The translations under genes and the position numbers were made by a program. DNA of 64,000 bases from contig CM119265.1 in NCBI GenBank assembly GCA_051294375.1, forward strand, positions 21,452,278 to 21,516,277. The letters are read 5' to 3'. This document shows positions 37,804-52,727 of this stretch, in pieces (the stretch's first letter is position 1; every line of letters starts with the position of its first letter). This stretch comes from Paraspadella gotoi. Its lineage: Eukaryota; Animalia; Chaetognatha. The notes beneath the pieces were generated by a model. The model was not told the origin of the DNA and searched no databases. It worked only from the letters and a program-made list of their open reading frames with translations.

Positions 37804-40800
37804 TGTGGGTGGTGGCGGCCGCGGCAGCAGCATCAGCGGCGGCAGAGGTTGAAAAACAGCGGCGGCGTATTCGGTGAGTTTTCGATCCCCATGGGTATAC
37901 AGAAATGATTGCAGGGATGGACCGGACAGATAGACGCGGTTGGGGTGGGGGATGTAGGGTGGTGAGATGGGGGGGAAGAGGCAGAGAGTGGGGGAAAGGA
38001 GTTGGGGGCAGATTTTTTTTTTAGACAATTATTTTTTTGGCGAACGAAATGTGGTTTTTTTTTTACGCGGAAAAACGAGGCCAGTTTCGTTCGTCCCCAA
38101 TGAATTTGCGTTCCGAGTCGAAAATGATGACAAAAAATGTTTAATTTTTTTTAAAAGTCGCCGATGAAAAGCCAGATAAAATTTGTCGTGATTTTAATGA
38201 TTTTGGTGAATTTTTTAAAAAAATTAAGAAGGCCAAAGTGGGTTGAGAAAGAAGAAAGAAAGCTGGAGTTAAGTGTGGGAACCGGAGGCTAATTAAATAA
38301 AGGATTAGCCCAATTGAAAAGGAGGGTGTTTTTTTTGGGTTGTTTTTTGTTTTTGTTTTTTGTTTTTTGGTAACCTTGCTGTAAGGTGTTATTGTTTTTC
38401 GGAAAGTGGTCGTTAATCGTTTTTGTTTGTTTGTTTGTTTGGTTGTTATTATCGTTATCATTAGTTTATTTTTTGGTCGAGGAAAAAGCGAAGGAAGCCG
38501 AGGCGAAAAGAAAATAGCGCGATAATCGAAATGCCGAATATCGATATGCGGAAGTGAGACGCGGGGATTTTAAAATTTGCGCGGTCAAGGTTGTTGTTGA
38601 TATTGTTGTTGTTGTCGTCGTCGGGTTTCGCAGCGAGAACAACGAGGACGACGACGACGAGTACGAGGACGAGCGGCGAAAAGATGCCGAGGAAAACAAT
38701 GAAAGAAAAACAGAAAAAGAGGAAGATGGATGAAATGAACTTCCTTCTTCGGGTTTTTGTTTTTATTCCAGTCGGGATTATGCTCCTCCGGTTTCCACGC
38801 CCATCGCCCATCACACGTCTCTTTTTGCCCCTTCCCTCCTTCCCGAATAAATCCAGATCGCGAGGCGAAGTCGGCTTTTTCAGAGCTGACATTCAGGGCC
38901 GATCTTTGTTTTCTTTCTACTTAGTTTTATCTCTTTTGTACTTTCGTTAAATTTCCCCTTTTGTTTTTTAGATCTTTTCGCTTTACGAACGATGGGCCAC
39001 ACCTGGCTTCGCGTTCTGTGGTGAATTTCTCGGAAAAGAGGAATCCCGTTTCACGGCGCGCGCCACGCGTCCTCCTTTTTCGAGCGTAACATCAAATCCT
39101 TTTCGTTTCCTGGAAAGGGTTGAGCATTTGTTCATTTTTTACTAGCGAGGCTCGAAAATATCATTTGTGGGACAGTTTATGAATGGCTATTTTTTTTAGT
39201 TAATAGGGAAATAAAACATTATTTAGAACTGAATTTTTGGCGAATTTGTTTTTCCAACGATCAAGCGCTAACTCGATCGACCCGGAAAATCGGAGACGAA
39301 CGCGATCCAAATATCAGCAGTTTTAAAATCACTGATCAAAAGAAGATTATCAGTCAAAATATCACTCGGGAATTCTCGAGAAATGAGAAAGGGGAAATAT
39401 CTGATCTTTTTTTTTTTTTACTTTTAAAAATCCATTAATCTCGCGTATTATTCCTAGCACCCAAAGCCTTTTTGTTTGTCCTTAACCTTTTTTAAAATCT
39501 TTTTCCATTCCCGCCTTCCTTCCTCCCTCCCCGACTTCCCCCCCCCCTGCATTTTCCTGCCCCTTCCCCTTCTTCTTCCTCTCACCGCGTGAATTCCCGA
39601 CGGGGATGAGCGAATGTTGACGCCGACTTGGCCGCGTCGACGCAACCCGAAAGCACCTCCCGATTTTCCCCGCGCTCGTTTTCGTTATTATTGTTGTTGA
39701 GGTTGTTGTTGGAGTTGGACGATGTAGTTGTTCCGTCGGTTGTTGTCTCGTTGATGTTGTCGACGGCGCCGTTTGGCGATGGCGTTTCAACGCGCCGGTT
39801 TGGTCTTCTTCTGGTGGCTGAGTTACAGAGAGATTAAAATCGATAGTAATAAATTGTTTTGGTTTGGACATGAATGAGCAAAACAAACTTAGTAAAATAA
39901 TACCGAATGAAACAACTGAATCAAAAAACAAATAAGTAACACCAAAGTGTGGCAAATTCGAATAAATATTAAAGAGCTTTTCCATTCAAAAAGCAAAAAA
40001 GTTCGGTCATGCAACTTGAAAACAAAATAAATGGAACCAACTAAATAAATAGATAATGTAATAAGAATCCACAGCCCGAAATGTAATTCGACAAGAGGAT
40101 GCGTGTTGGGGAAAAAAAAAGATCTCACGCGGTGACGCGCGACGGTTGGCTCCGTTTTATCCGAAGGCGGTCAGGTGGCGTTTTTAACGGATGGCCATAG
40201 GTCCGTTTATTCGAAGCGATTCGCGTCCTTTTTTTTCGCGAAATCATCTCCTCTTTGTTTTTTATCGATTTTTTTCTTTTCCTCATTTTGCGGCGATGTT
40301 GACGAAGGAAAACGTTCGTCGAGTTTGAGGAACGAAAAAGCCGCGATGGTTAAAAGAGTGCGTCGTAGTGCGGTCAACGCTGTAGTAGTGGGGACAGAGT
40401 GAAGCCGCGGGTGGTTGGCGAGAGAGACGGCGGGAAACATGTGGACAAAGCGAGGAAAAAATAGATGGAGGCGATCGAGAGACCAGGAGTCGGAAGCGCT
40501 CGTCGAAAACGACAGAGGAGCTCGGGCGCTTGCGGAAATTGTTTAAGAGGCACAAAAAGCGTGAACAAAGAACACGAAAATAGTAAAACTAAGGCTGTGC
40601 GGAGTACACATAATTGATAAGAAATCAAAATAAAGAGAGTCAACAAAAAGAAAATTGTTAAATAGGAAAATGAAAAGTAATATTCGCAATGGAAATAAAA
40701 AAAATTGCGATATAACGAGTTCGCGGACTCTCCCGACTCGCGTGAAACTCACCTTTCTTTCCGCCGCGCTCGACCCACTTTTCGACTTTTTGAGAACGAG

Positions 40801-42040
40801 GAAAATGTTGACCTTGTCGAAGGCCTCTCCATCTCCCGACAATGTCAGGCCGGAGAGATGCGGCGCTGCGGGTTGGTTGCGGCAGCGGCGGAGGCGGCGG
40901 CGGAGGCGGAGCGGCGGTATGTGGACGCGGATATCATTGCGTCTACGGCGTCTGAGAGTGCGGGTTTGGGGTTTAACGAGATCCCCGCCATGCCTCGCGG
41001 CGGCGAGGGTTCTTGACAAAGGCATTAATAAATTTTCCGTCATCGTTGTCGAATTTATTTTAAAAAATCGTAAACCTTTTCTTTTGCAGATGTTTGTTAG
41101 TTTGTTTTGTTTTTTTGAATTGTTGTTTTTGTTTTTTTTGCTCGTCCGAGCGATTTCGGTTAAAAATCGAGAATTCGACTCTTATTTCCCGATCTTCACT
41201 CGCGAGATCTGATTTTCGTTTTTAATTGTTTTTGTTTTCGTTGCATCGATTTTTTATTTTATTTTCGACTGACGATTTTGCGGCTGAAAATCAGGGAACG
41301 AAAGCGAATGAAACAAAAGGGGAAGAGAAGAGAAGAAAAATAATGAAAGGCGGGAGCGACGGTGAAGGGCTGGATTAGGTGACTAGTAAGGCGTGCGACG
41401 TTAAATTGGTATACATGCCGTGTACAGCGTGCCGGGTACAGGTGCCGGGGTAGATTGTCGAGCGGGAAATTAGAACGGAGGCGACGGACTTTGAGAAGCG
41501 ACGAAAATTGGAGAATAAAAGGTTCAAAGGTAATCGTAAGCGATGCCGCCGATGAAGTTCAAAGGTTCTCCGATTCCGGATGCGAACCCGAGTTTTCGTC
41601 GAAGCCGCTTTTTTCAAGTTTTCCTCGCTCTCTCTGCTTTTCGAGAGCGCTCTGTCGATAAAAGCAAAACAAACATGAAAAATTGCGCATCGATGAAATG
41701 AGAGAGAAAAAAAAGAGGCAATCGATTTTTTTTTTTTTTCAAGTTGAAAGCCTTTTTTCCGCCGCTTTATTCGGCCAGTCGACCACGGGGGGCGAAAAAA
41801 AGGGGAGGGTTTTTAAGGGGGAGAATGGAGAGGGTTAAAAGGCTTCGGGGGGGCTGTGAGAAGAAATTCGAAGCCGGGTTCTGGTTCATCTTGCAAAAAA
41901 AAAAAAAAAAAAAAGCTGCCCATCTTACGCGGGTTTTTAAAAAGATTTTTATCGTTGAGAACGGACTCCTTGTTCGAGAAGAAAATTTTGGGAAGAGAGA
42001 GAGAGCGATCGAGGAGTGAGAGACGAATGTGTGAGTGAGT

Positions 42041-42123
<83 letters not shown>

Positions 42124-42940
42124 CTTTAAGTCAAAGTCAATTCTAGTCCAGGTTTTATCATCGGTCAGGAAAACCGTTTGTCATGTTAAGATAAAAAGCT
42201 AAAGTTGTTTTTGTCGTGAGGTGCGAAATCCTGGCCTCTGAGATTCGATACGAAGTTTTATTTCTTTTTTTTTTTTTTTTGGCTGTCTCCAGTAAACATT
42301 ACTTCGCTTACACTTTCCCCTCCTCTCCCAGTTTGCATTGCATTACGGTAGTTAAAACAGTCATTAAAAAACCAAAGGGTTATATTTTCCGCAATGAAAA
42401 TCGGTCTCAGTTCAATTATGGATTTAACTATCGTCAAAATGATTAATGTTCGCGTTTAAAAGAGCTATTTTTGTATTAGCTCGATTTTTATATATCAAAG
42501 TATTTCGGTTAACAAGTACGTATAAATCATGTATACTTTATAAATCGAGTTAAATTTTATTAATTAGGTTCGTCGAAAGTATTCCGGTTATCGAGAGTCG
42601 TCATAGATTGCTCGTTTCGCCGAGGTTACGGTGCACATTCGAAAAATAAGGAATTTACGAAGGCGCAATTAAGAGGGAAAATTCGTTGTCGGCGAAAAAT
42701 GAGCGTTCGGGTGAGAATTGGAGGATCCCTCGCTGGGAAGACGATGCCTGCGCCTTCGAGTCGCTGCGTCAAAATTCTCATCTAAAAATTCATATTTCGA
42801 TGGCGATGGACGAAAAAAAAAAATCTAGGTACCGCATTGGGACCGAGTTAGGAGACTCTTTCTATTTCTCACCGGGTCTCTGAGGAAGAGGGGAAAAAGA
42901 GACAAAGCTGTTGTTGTTGTTGGTTGTTGTTAATAGCTAG

Positions 42941-42972
<32 letters not shown>

Positions 42973-43738
42973 TGATGACGATGAATAGCGACGCATCGTA
43001 GATTTGAAGGTTGAATTTGCTTTTCCGACACATGCTCCGAGAGATTTTTTTTGCCTATCTCTCTCTCTCTCTCTCTCTTCTCTCCTCTCTCTCTCAATCC
43101 TCTCGTCTCTTCTTCTCACACTCTAGAGTTGAATGAACGAGAGGGGAAAAAAACCCTGGCTGCTACAAAACCAGAGCGAAAAAGAAAAAGGGCAGAATGA
43201 GAGAAATGAAAACGGGGATTAAGAAAAAAAAAAAAAAGAGGTATTAAAGGGGAAAGAAAAGTGGGAATTAGGAAAAATTGAAAAAAAAGGTAAAAGAGAG
43301 AGAAAAAAAAGGGATTAAAATAGTCAAAATTGTAAAAAGAAGACTGGATTAGAAAAAAAATTTTGGAAAAAAATAACAGAAAAAATTTTGGTGGGGAAAA
43401 AGCAAAATTGAAACAAATTGGCCTTAAAAAAAGAGTGTAACAGAAATTCAACAAATATATCGCAGAATAAATAATATTAAGAAAAAAAGTAGATATGGGC
43501 CAACAATGAAGACGATATTAAGGTTTCACAGGGAGTAGTCGATTATAATATTCGTTAATTCAGTGAGAGAAAAAGAAAGAAAGAAACTATAATTGAATGT
43601 AAAATCTACGAAGAAAAAAAATTATAGTAAAAAAAATTGAAATGAAGACACAAAGAGGATGAAACAAAGTAGTACATTTCGCTTCGAGTTCTAACTTTTA
43701 ACAAAGAATGATTTACACAAAGAGAGAAGAGATGAGAT

Positions 43739-43815
<77 letters not shown>

Positions 43816-43830
43816 AGAGAGAAGAGAGAG

Positions 43831-43867
<37 letters not shown>

Positions 43868-46770
43868 AAGAGAGGAGAGAAGAGAGAGAGAGAGGAGAGA
43901 GAAGAGAGAGTAAGAGAGAGAGAAGGCAAGTTTTCGATCGAATTGAGAGAATCAGAAGTAAAAAGCAGTTTTTTCGGTTTTTTTTGTTGTTGTCGTTGTT
44001 GTTGCTTTTTAAGCTGCGATTAATTACCTCATCTAGTCGTCGGTCTCCGCATCAAGCGTCGTCGTCGTCATCTAATCATCGTCGTCGTCGTCCGTCGTCA
44101 TCGTAATCGTCGTCGTCCGTCTTCCTCTTCGCCAATCATCGTCTTTCAAATAATCATCAATCTGTAATCTTCATAATCATAATGACGATCGTAATCTTCC
44201 TTCATGTCTTTCCCGATCATCGTCATTTCAATCGCTGACACCTGTCATAGTTCAATAGTCATCGTCATCGTCGAGTCGTCGTCTCGTCATTAGTCATTCG
44301 TCTTCAAACATCGTCAACTTCAGGTTCGTCCTCAACGTCACACAATAATTGTTATCACGAACATCGTTCCACATCTCCTCTTCTTCCCGGTGAACAGTTA
44401 AAGGGAATCGTATCAATAGTCGCAGCGCCGTGCGTGATTGTGAAATGTGATTGTGGTGAGAGATTGCTTCTCTCGTTTTATTTCGTCCCCTGCATCTTTT
44501 TTCAATTCATCACATCCGCACATCGATTCTTCTCCTCCCCCCCTTCCTCCCCCTTCGGCAACCTTTGCAACGCTACCCAAAGTTCTTCACGTTTCATCCG
44601 GACTTTTCATAGGTTTTTTTTTTTTTTTTGGCTTCTGGTATCCGCAAATAACTTTTTTTTGTTTTTTATCACCGCATGTCGTTTCTTTTGTCCCATTTCC
44701 CATCCAATCATCAGCCGATTCTCGTCGGAATTTTAATAAAAGAAAATAATCCTGGTCTGATTCCATTTCGTTATTCTCCGCTTTTCTTTCCTCTCCCGTT
44801 CTGCCTTCCACTTTCTCCCCCACATCGCTTTAAGTTTCTCCTCATCCCTCTATCTCAGATTTCCTTTTCCCCCCTAACCCTCCCCCCCCGATACCCATCC
44901 TCCTGCTCTTCATTCTTATGCTTTCTTTAATCTGCCTCATTATTATCCTCGTTTTCATCGCAGTTCCTTTCTCCTGCTTCGCAATTATTCTTGCATAATT
45001 GGATTTTTAAAATCTGCTTTTAAAAATTGTTCTCTTTCTTCTAACTCTCTCTCTCTCATCGTCTCTCCCTCTCAACTCTCTCTTCTCTCTGTCCACGCCC
45101 TCTCCCGTTGACTTTCCTTTCGAAACTTTTCCCCAACTTCCATTTTTCTATCTCCCTCTGCTTGTCCACCAATTGCCCCCTCCGTTGTTTCTATCTCCCT
45201 CTCGCTCGTCCTTGTCCATCACTCGCATTCCTCACCCCCTTGCTCCCATTTTCGATTCGATTTTTTCTCTTGTTCCGCTCCGCCGCTCTTGAAAAGTCTC
45301 CTTTTTGCGTTGACCCTGTATTTTAGATTTTATCAATTAATTCGATTTACTTGGGCATCAATTTTGGGTGAGAATCTAGGGAATTATTTTAGCATTGATT
45401 GATGTATAGCGGGATATTTGAATTAATTGATTGGTGATGATTAATTTAGATAGCTGCACAGATTGATAGAATAATTTGGGTAATTGATCGCTTCATTTAT
45501 TTATTCATTCATTCATAGATAGAATTTAATTTATAGAATGATCGATAGATGATCATTGCACTGACCTTAAAGTTAATATTAGATAACGAAGATAGGAATC
45601 CACGTGTTGTTTGACTAACCCAGGGTGAAACCCGACGCCACTTAGACCGACCCAATTTAAGATCACGATTGTAGCGATAGTCAAGGAAGTATGAATTACC
45701 GGAGAAGAATAAGATTAGGAAGAAGATAGAGGAAGGAACCGGTAGTATTAAAAAGGATACTTTTGCACTGTTGGAAAGTAACATTTAAAGTAGGTGTTTC
45801 CGCAGTTTAGAATTTCGAGTTGTTTTACATTTGCATACCCATTTTGTTTAAGTTTAAATCCTTTTGTAAAACTGGGGACAAAAATCGTTTTTGTTTCCCC
45901 GGAAAATATTTCAAGAGTTATATTTGGAGATTGTTATGAGTTAAAGAAAAAGATTACAGAAGATTATAAATAGACAATTTTTACAACCTACCACTCCCTT
46001 ACTTATCAAATTTTTTTTAAACTAGTCATACCGACCCAAAAATTTTCATCTTAAAGTCCAAAAAGTCCAAAAATTATCTTTAACTTATCAATACCTAATA
46101 ATCCAGAAATCTTAACGGACCAAAATCGCGGACCGTCAATCGTCTCTTCAATAAAACATCACCAAAACACGAGGGGCGCTGACAGACCTTCTGGTCGGAA
46201 CTGGAAAATCACCCCCGGGGTATTTTTTTTTTAACCCTAGCTTCGTCACCCCGCGGCGAAAATATTATGAGAATTTGCTGAGAATCTCGGCGAAGTTTTT
46301 TTTTTTTTTTCACTTCATAAATTTTTTATAGAGAAAAATATTTAAATAATTTTTATCCTTTATTCGTCATTCCTTTTTTTATTGTCGAATCGCCGCGGTA
46401 TTTTAAATTAATACTTTTTTTTCGTCAAGATAAAAGATGATCAGAGTTATTTTCGGACAAAAAGGATCGTCGGAGGACAGAAGTTTATTCAATTAGAAAA
46501 TCACGAATTAGATCTTTTGCGTCAAAATTGAAATATCATCGCGACATTAATATTGTAAGAAAAAAAAAACTCGTTTATGTCCCGGAATTCTGGCGAAGGG
46601 GAAAAAAAAGTCGGAACAAAATTTATGTTGTTTTTTTTGTTTGTTTTTTTTTTTAAGAAACAAATTTCAGTTGCTTTCTCGATCGCGTTAATCGTAATAA
46701 CGAGACTACTCTTGGATTCCTTTGTCTCCTCTTATCGCTTCATTTACCTCTCTGTCCCCCTTCAATTCCC
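37804..46770 (-). repeat. right arm of the inverted duplication of 25082-34016
   Basis: identical mirrored ORF set from 38461 outward; slightly noisy at 38160-38420. Confidence 0.97.
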
Positions 46771-47869
46771 TTTTTTTTTTAGACAATTATTTTTTTGCGA
46801 ACGAAATGTTGTGTTTTTTTTTTACCGCAAAAACGAGGCCAAGTTTCGTTCGTCCCAATGAATTTTGCGTCCGAAGTCGAAAATGATGACAAAAATGTTT
46901 AATTTTTTTTAAAGTCGCCGATGAGCAGATAATTTTTGTCGTGATTTTATGATTTGTGAATTTTAAAAATTAAGAGGCAAAGTGTGAGACAGAGAGAGAA
47001 AGTGAGTAGTTAAGTGTGAAACGAGGCGTTGTAATGCAATATAGGAATAGCAATTGAAAGAAGGGTGTTTTGTTTGGGTTGTTTTTGTTTTTGTTTTGTT
47101 TTGTACATTGCGATTAAGGTTATTGTTTTTTCGAGTGTCGTAATCGTTTTTTGTTTTGTTTGTTATTATCGTTATCATTGTTAAGCGAAGGAGGCAGAAG
47201 GCGAAAAGAAAATAGTGCGATATCGAAATTGTGAAGGCAGAGGAGAAATGTTTTAGTTTTAAAAAAAATGAAAAGTTTTGAATAAAAGTTTAGACGAAAA
47301 GGAAGTGAGACGCGGGGATTTTAAAATTTGCCGGTCAAGGTTGATGTTGTTGTTGTTGTCGTCGTCGGGTTTCGCGGCGAAGAACAACGAGGACGACGAC
47401 GACGAGTACGAGGACGAGCGGCGAAAGATCCGAGGAAAACATGAAAGAAAAACAGAAAAGAGGAAGATGGATGAAATGACTTCTTCTTCCGGGTTTTGTT
47501 TTTATTCCAGGTCGGGATTATCTCCTCCGATTTCCACGCTCATCGCCCAATCACCACGTCTCTTTTTGCCCCTTCCCTTCTCTTCCCCGACAAATCAGAT
47601 CGCGGAGGCGAAGTCGGCTTTTCAGAGCTGACATTCAGGGCCGATCTTGTTTTCTTTCTCCTTAGTTTTTATCTCTTTGTACTTTCGTTAAATTTCCCCT
47701 TTTCTTTTTTAAATCTTTTCGCTTTACGAAACGATGGGCTCACCTGGCTTCTGTTTCTGTGGTGAATTTCTCGGAAAAGAGGAATCCCGTCTCACGGCGG
47801 CGCCACGCGTCTCCTTTTCGAGCGTAACTCAATCCTTTTCGTTTTCTGGAAAGGGTTGACGCATTTTGT
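46771..47869 (+). repeat. noisy partial copy of ~38020-39140
   Basis: ORFs 47278..47631 and 47496..47765 are corrupted versions of 38591..38950. Confidence 0.85.
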
Positions 47870-47894
47870 NNNNNNNNNNNNNNNNNNNNNNNNN
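47870..47894. other. assembly gap (25 N)
   Basis: N run. Confidence 1.
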
Positions 47895-49572
47895 AGAGAG
47901 ATTGTAACGAAAATGGTGAACTTTTTCTCCAGAGCAATTTGAAAAATAAATATTATAAGTCAATTTTGACTTTTAATTACTGAATAAAATTTATTTAAAA
48001 ATGTTGTTGACATTGTAACTTAAAAGGTAAGATCTAAATTAAAAGGATGTTTATAACTGTGACGAAGCCCAAGATACCAAGCCCTATCACTTTATAACTC
48101 CCCCGAAATTCAATAAATTCACTCAGGATTCTAATATATCAATTAAATATAATTTCATTTCTAGAGACCGACCTGCATATAATGGGAACCGATGCTCTTT
48201 TGTCGTCGGATTCGACTGCTTGTCGACAACGACCCTGGCGGCTGCGTGGATTCGTTGTCCTTCTGTTTTACAAAGTCGCTCACAACAAAGGGCGAAGATG
48301 ATCAGTTCTTTGTTGAGACTCGGAGGAGGAGAGGGGAAGTGGAGGTCCAAGGTCGTTGGGAGAAGGGAAGAAAAAGAAAAGAAGGAGGAACGAGATCGAA
48401 GGGAAATAGATCGTCGACGTGGCGTCAATTTCGCACTCGTCGACTGGAGAGCGGCGTCAAAGCTAGAAAGCGCGTCGAGGGAAAGCGTGGCCGTCGTCGT
48501 TTAGCGGCGTGGAAGGGCTACAGAGGGTGTCCGTCCCGACGGCGTGGAAGGGCTAACAGAGGGTGTCGTGCCCGACCGGCGTGGAAGGGCTGCCCGGGGT
48601 CGGCGAAAAGACGGTGACGGATCTTCGGGGGACGTGAGATCTTCGCGAGAGCGTATCCTCCGAATCTGCGTGACGCGATCACGTAGGAGACGTTGAGATT
48701 CCGAGGGTGTGTCGTCGAGGGGGCTTACCGGGGTGGTCGCGGAGCTTCACGGGTTTAGTCGATCCTTCGCAGTCGAAGGTTCGATCGAGGGTGAGGGTCG
48801 TCGCGGCGGAGAGGTCGATTGTCGGAGCTCCGTCTGAACTGTCTCGCGGCTCGATCTTTTTGTTGCTGCCCTGTTTTTGCTGCTGCTCTTGTTCTGTTGC
48901 GGCGGCTGGTTGTCACGGGTGGTTTTGGTTGGGCTGTGGAAGAAAGATAAGTATTCGTAAAATGTTTTCGGTTGTCCCGGATTTTAAAAATTAAATAGGA
49001 TAAGAGAAATAAGTAAAAAATAATCTTTTGAGTTGGTTCAACCAACTGCCATTCGCCTATTCGTTTTGAATTCATTGAATTTTTTTTAATCTGTCTCGAA
49101 TTTTTATTCGCTGTTCCTATACTGCTTGCTGTGTCTTCTTTTTTAATTAGCGCACAACAACTGAATTTTTTTTTTTACCTTCTTGTTAATGATTTTCTCA
49201 ATTAGAAACTTAACGTATCCCCGAAAATCCCCAATTTTGGGCTCACCTGCCGTCTTGGCCTTCTTGGCATTACAACCGCGACACGATGAAACGGGAATAC
49301 GAAGATATTTTTTTGGGGCTCCGTGATTTTTCCACGTCGTCGTCGCCGTGAACGTCGTCCTGTTGCGGAGACGGCGGCGAGACGGGGACGGCGAGACGAC
49401 GACGACGACGACGCCTTTGGTCTTCACCGCTTCGTCGGCGCGAAGACGACCGAGGCCGGAGAAAGGAGAAGCCTTTCCGTTGTTGTTGTCGTTGTCGTTG
49501 CGACGGAGTACGTAGTTTATCGTTGTGTCGTTGTCGCACTGCGTCGATTCGAGTCTATTTTATATTTTTATA
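47895..49572 (+). repeat. noisy direct copy of ~23415-25075 (two exons)
   Basis: matches 23424 onward with many indels; exon frames are broken. Confidence 0.9.
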
Positions 49573-51576
49573 TTTTTTGGTCAGAGGTTTTGCAAATATT
49601 TTTTTTTTTTTTAGTTTTCGCATTTTGAATTTTTATTGAGTTTTTCGAAGCGGCGGGGATAGTAGAGGCAGGGGGCGCAAGGGGGCAAGGGGGCCAAGGG
49701 GGAGGGTGGCAAAGTTGTTGTTGTTTTTTTTTATTTCGTTACATTTGCGCGCGAATCTTGAACGGTAGGGGGCAGGGCGGTGAGCGAGCGACACGCGGCG
49801 GAAAAGTATATTGGTCGAACGAAAAGTGTGGGTGGTGGCGGCCGCGGCAGCAGCATCAGCGGCGGCAGAGGTTGAAAAACAGCGGCGGCGTATTCGGTGA
49901 GTTTTCGATCCCCATGGGTATACAGAAATGATTGCAGGGATGGACCGGACAGATAGACGCGGTTGGGGTGGGGGATGTAGGGTGGTGAGATGGGGGGGAA
50001 GAGGCAGAGAGTGGGGGAAAGGAGTTGGGGGCAGATTTTTTTTTTAGACAATTATTTTTTTGGCGAACGAAATGTGGTTTTTTTTTTACGCGGAAAAACG
50101 AGGCCAGTTTCGTTCGTCCCCAATGAATTTGCGTTCCGAGTCGAAAATGATGACAAAAAATGTTTAATTTTTTTTTTAAAGTCGCCGATGAAGCAGATAA
50201 TTTTTGTCGTGAATTTTAATGATTTGGTGAATTTTTAAAAATTAAGAGGCAAAGTGTGAGACAAGAGAGAGAAAGTGAGTAGTTAAGTGTGAACGATGCA
50301 ATTTAAGGTATTAGCAATTGAAAGAAGGGTGTTTTGTTTGGGTTGTTTTTTGTTTTGTTTTGTTTGTACATTGCATTAAGGTTTATTGTTTTTTCGAGTG
50401 TCGTAATCGTTTTTTGTTTGTTTGTTTGTTTGGTTGTTATTATCGTTATCATTAGTTTATTTTTTGGTCGAGGAAAAAGCGAAGGAAGCCGAGGCGAAAA
50501 GAAAATAGCGCGATAATCGAAATGCCGAATATCGATATGCGGAAGTGAGACGCGGGGATTTTAAAATTTGCGCGGTCAAGGTTGTTGTTGATATTGTTGT
50601 TGTTGTCGTCGTCGGGTTTCGCAGCGAGAACAACGAGGACGACGACGACGAGTACGAGGACGAGCGGCGAAAAGATGCCGAGGAAAACAATGAAAGAAAA
50701 ACAGAAAAAGAGGAAGATGGATGAAATGAACTTCCTTCTTCGGGTTTTTGTTTTTATTCCAGTCGGGATTATGCTCCTCCGGTTTCCACGCCCATCGCCC
50801 ATCACACGTCTCTTTTTGCCCCTTCCCTCCTTCCCGAATAAATCCAGATCGCGAGGCGAAGTCGGCTTTTTCAGAGCTGACATTCAGGGCCGATCTTTGT
50901 TTTCTTTCTACTTAGTTTTATCTCTTTTGTACTTTCGTTAAATTTCCCCTTTTGTTTTTTAGATCTTTTCGCTTTACGAACGATGGGCCACACCTGGCTT
51001 CGCGTTCTGTGGTGAATTTCTCGGAAAAGAGGAATCCCGTTTCACGGCGCGCGCCACGCGTCCTCCTTTTTCGAGCGTAACATCAAATCCTTTTCGTTTC
51101 CTGGAAAGGGTTGAGCATTTGTTCATTTTTTACTAGCGAGGCTCGAAAATATCATTTGTGGGACAGTTTATGAATGGCTATTTTTTTTAGTTAATAGGGA
51201 AATAAAACATTATTTAGAACTGAATTTTTGGCGAATTTGTTTTTCCAACGATCAAGCGCTAACTCGATCGACCCGGAAAATCGGAGACGAACGCGATCCA
51301 AATATCAGCAGTTTTAAAATCACTGATCAAAAGAAGATTATCAGTCAAAATATCACTCGGGAATTCTCGAGAAATGAGAAAGGGGAAATATCTGATCTTT
51401 TTTTTTTTTTACTTTTAAAAATCCATTAATCTCGCGTATTATTCCTAGCACCCAAAGCCTTTTTGTTTGTCCTTAACCTTTTTTAAAATCTTTTTCCATT
51501 CCCGCCTTCCTTCCTCCCTCCCCGACTTCCCCCCCCCCTGCATTTTCCTGCCCCTTCCCCTTCTTCTTCCTCTCAC

Positions 51577-51796
51577 CGCGTGATTCCGACGGGGATGAGC
51601 GAATGTTGACCCGACTTGGCCGTCGACGCCACCGAAACCACCTCCCGATTTTCCCCGCGGTCGTTTTCGTTATTATTGTTGTTGAGGTTGTTGTTGGAGT
51701 TGATGATGTAGTTGTTCCGTCGGTTGTTGGTCTCGTTGATGTTGTCGACGGCGCCGTTGGCGATGGCGTTCACGCGCGGTTTGTCTTCTTCTGGTG
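51577..51796 (-). CDS. Asn-rich exon of the putative long isoform
   Basis: aactcag acceptor, CG|GTGAGA donor; open frame PEEDKPRVNAIANGAVDNINETNNRRNNYIINSNNN...SLIPVGIT; phase 1 in, phase 2 out, fitting the 24755-25060 exon. Confidence 0.55.
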
Positions 51797-52727
51797 CTGA
51801 GTTACAGAGAGATTAAAATCGATAGTATAAATTGTTTGGCTTTGGACATGAATGAGCAAAACAAACTTAGTAAAAATAATACCGAATGAAACAACTGAAT
51901 CAAAAAACAAATAAGTAACACCAAGTGTGGCAAATCGAATAAATAATTAAAGAGCTTTCAATTCAAAAAGAAAAAAAGTTCGGTCATGCAACTTGAAACA
52001 AAATAAATGAACCAACTAAATAAATTAGATAATGTAATAAGAATCCACAGCCCGAAATGTAATTCGACAAGAGCGATGCGTGTTGGGGGGAAAAAAAAAG
52101 ATCTCACCGTGACCCGCGACGGTTGGCTCCGTTTTATCCGAAGCGGCAGGTGGCGTTTTAAGCGGTGCCATAGGTTCCGTTTTATTCGAAGCGATTTGCT
52201 CCTTTTTTTCCGAAATCATCTCCTCTTTGTTTTTATCGATTTTTTTCTTTTCCTCATTTTGCGCGGATTTGACGAAGGAAAACTTCGTCGAGGTTTGAGG
52301 AACTGAAAAAAGCCCGATGGTTAAAAGAGTGCGTTCGAGTGCGTCAACGCTGTAGTAGTGGGGACAGAGTGAAAGCTGCGGGTGGATTGGCGAGAGAGAC
52401 GGCGGGAAAACGTGGACAAAGCGAGGAAAATAGATGGAGGCGATCGAGAGACCAGGAGTCGGGAAAGCGCTCGATCGAAAACGACAGAGGAGCTCGGGCG
52501 CTTGCGGAAATTGTTTAAGAGGCAACAAAAAGCGGTGAAACAAAAGAACACGAAAGTAAAACTAAGGCTGTACTGAGTACACATAATTGATAAGAATCAA
52601 AATAAAAGAGAAGTCAACAAAAAGAAATTGTTAAAATAAAGTGAAAATGAAAAGATATTCGCAATGGAAATAAAAAAAATTGGGGATATAACGAGTCGCG
52701 GACTCTCCCGACTCGCGTGAAACTCAC

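Noticed and set aside
25082-46770. Giant transposon or linear element with 9-kb terminal inverted repeats
   Set aside because: No transposase, polymerase or capsid ORFs; arms contain host exons; N gaps and shared indel errors point to the assembly
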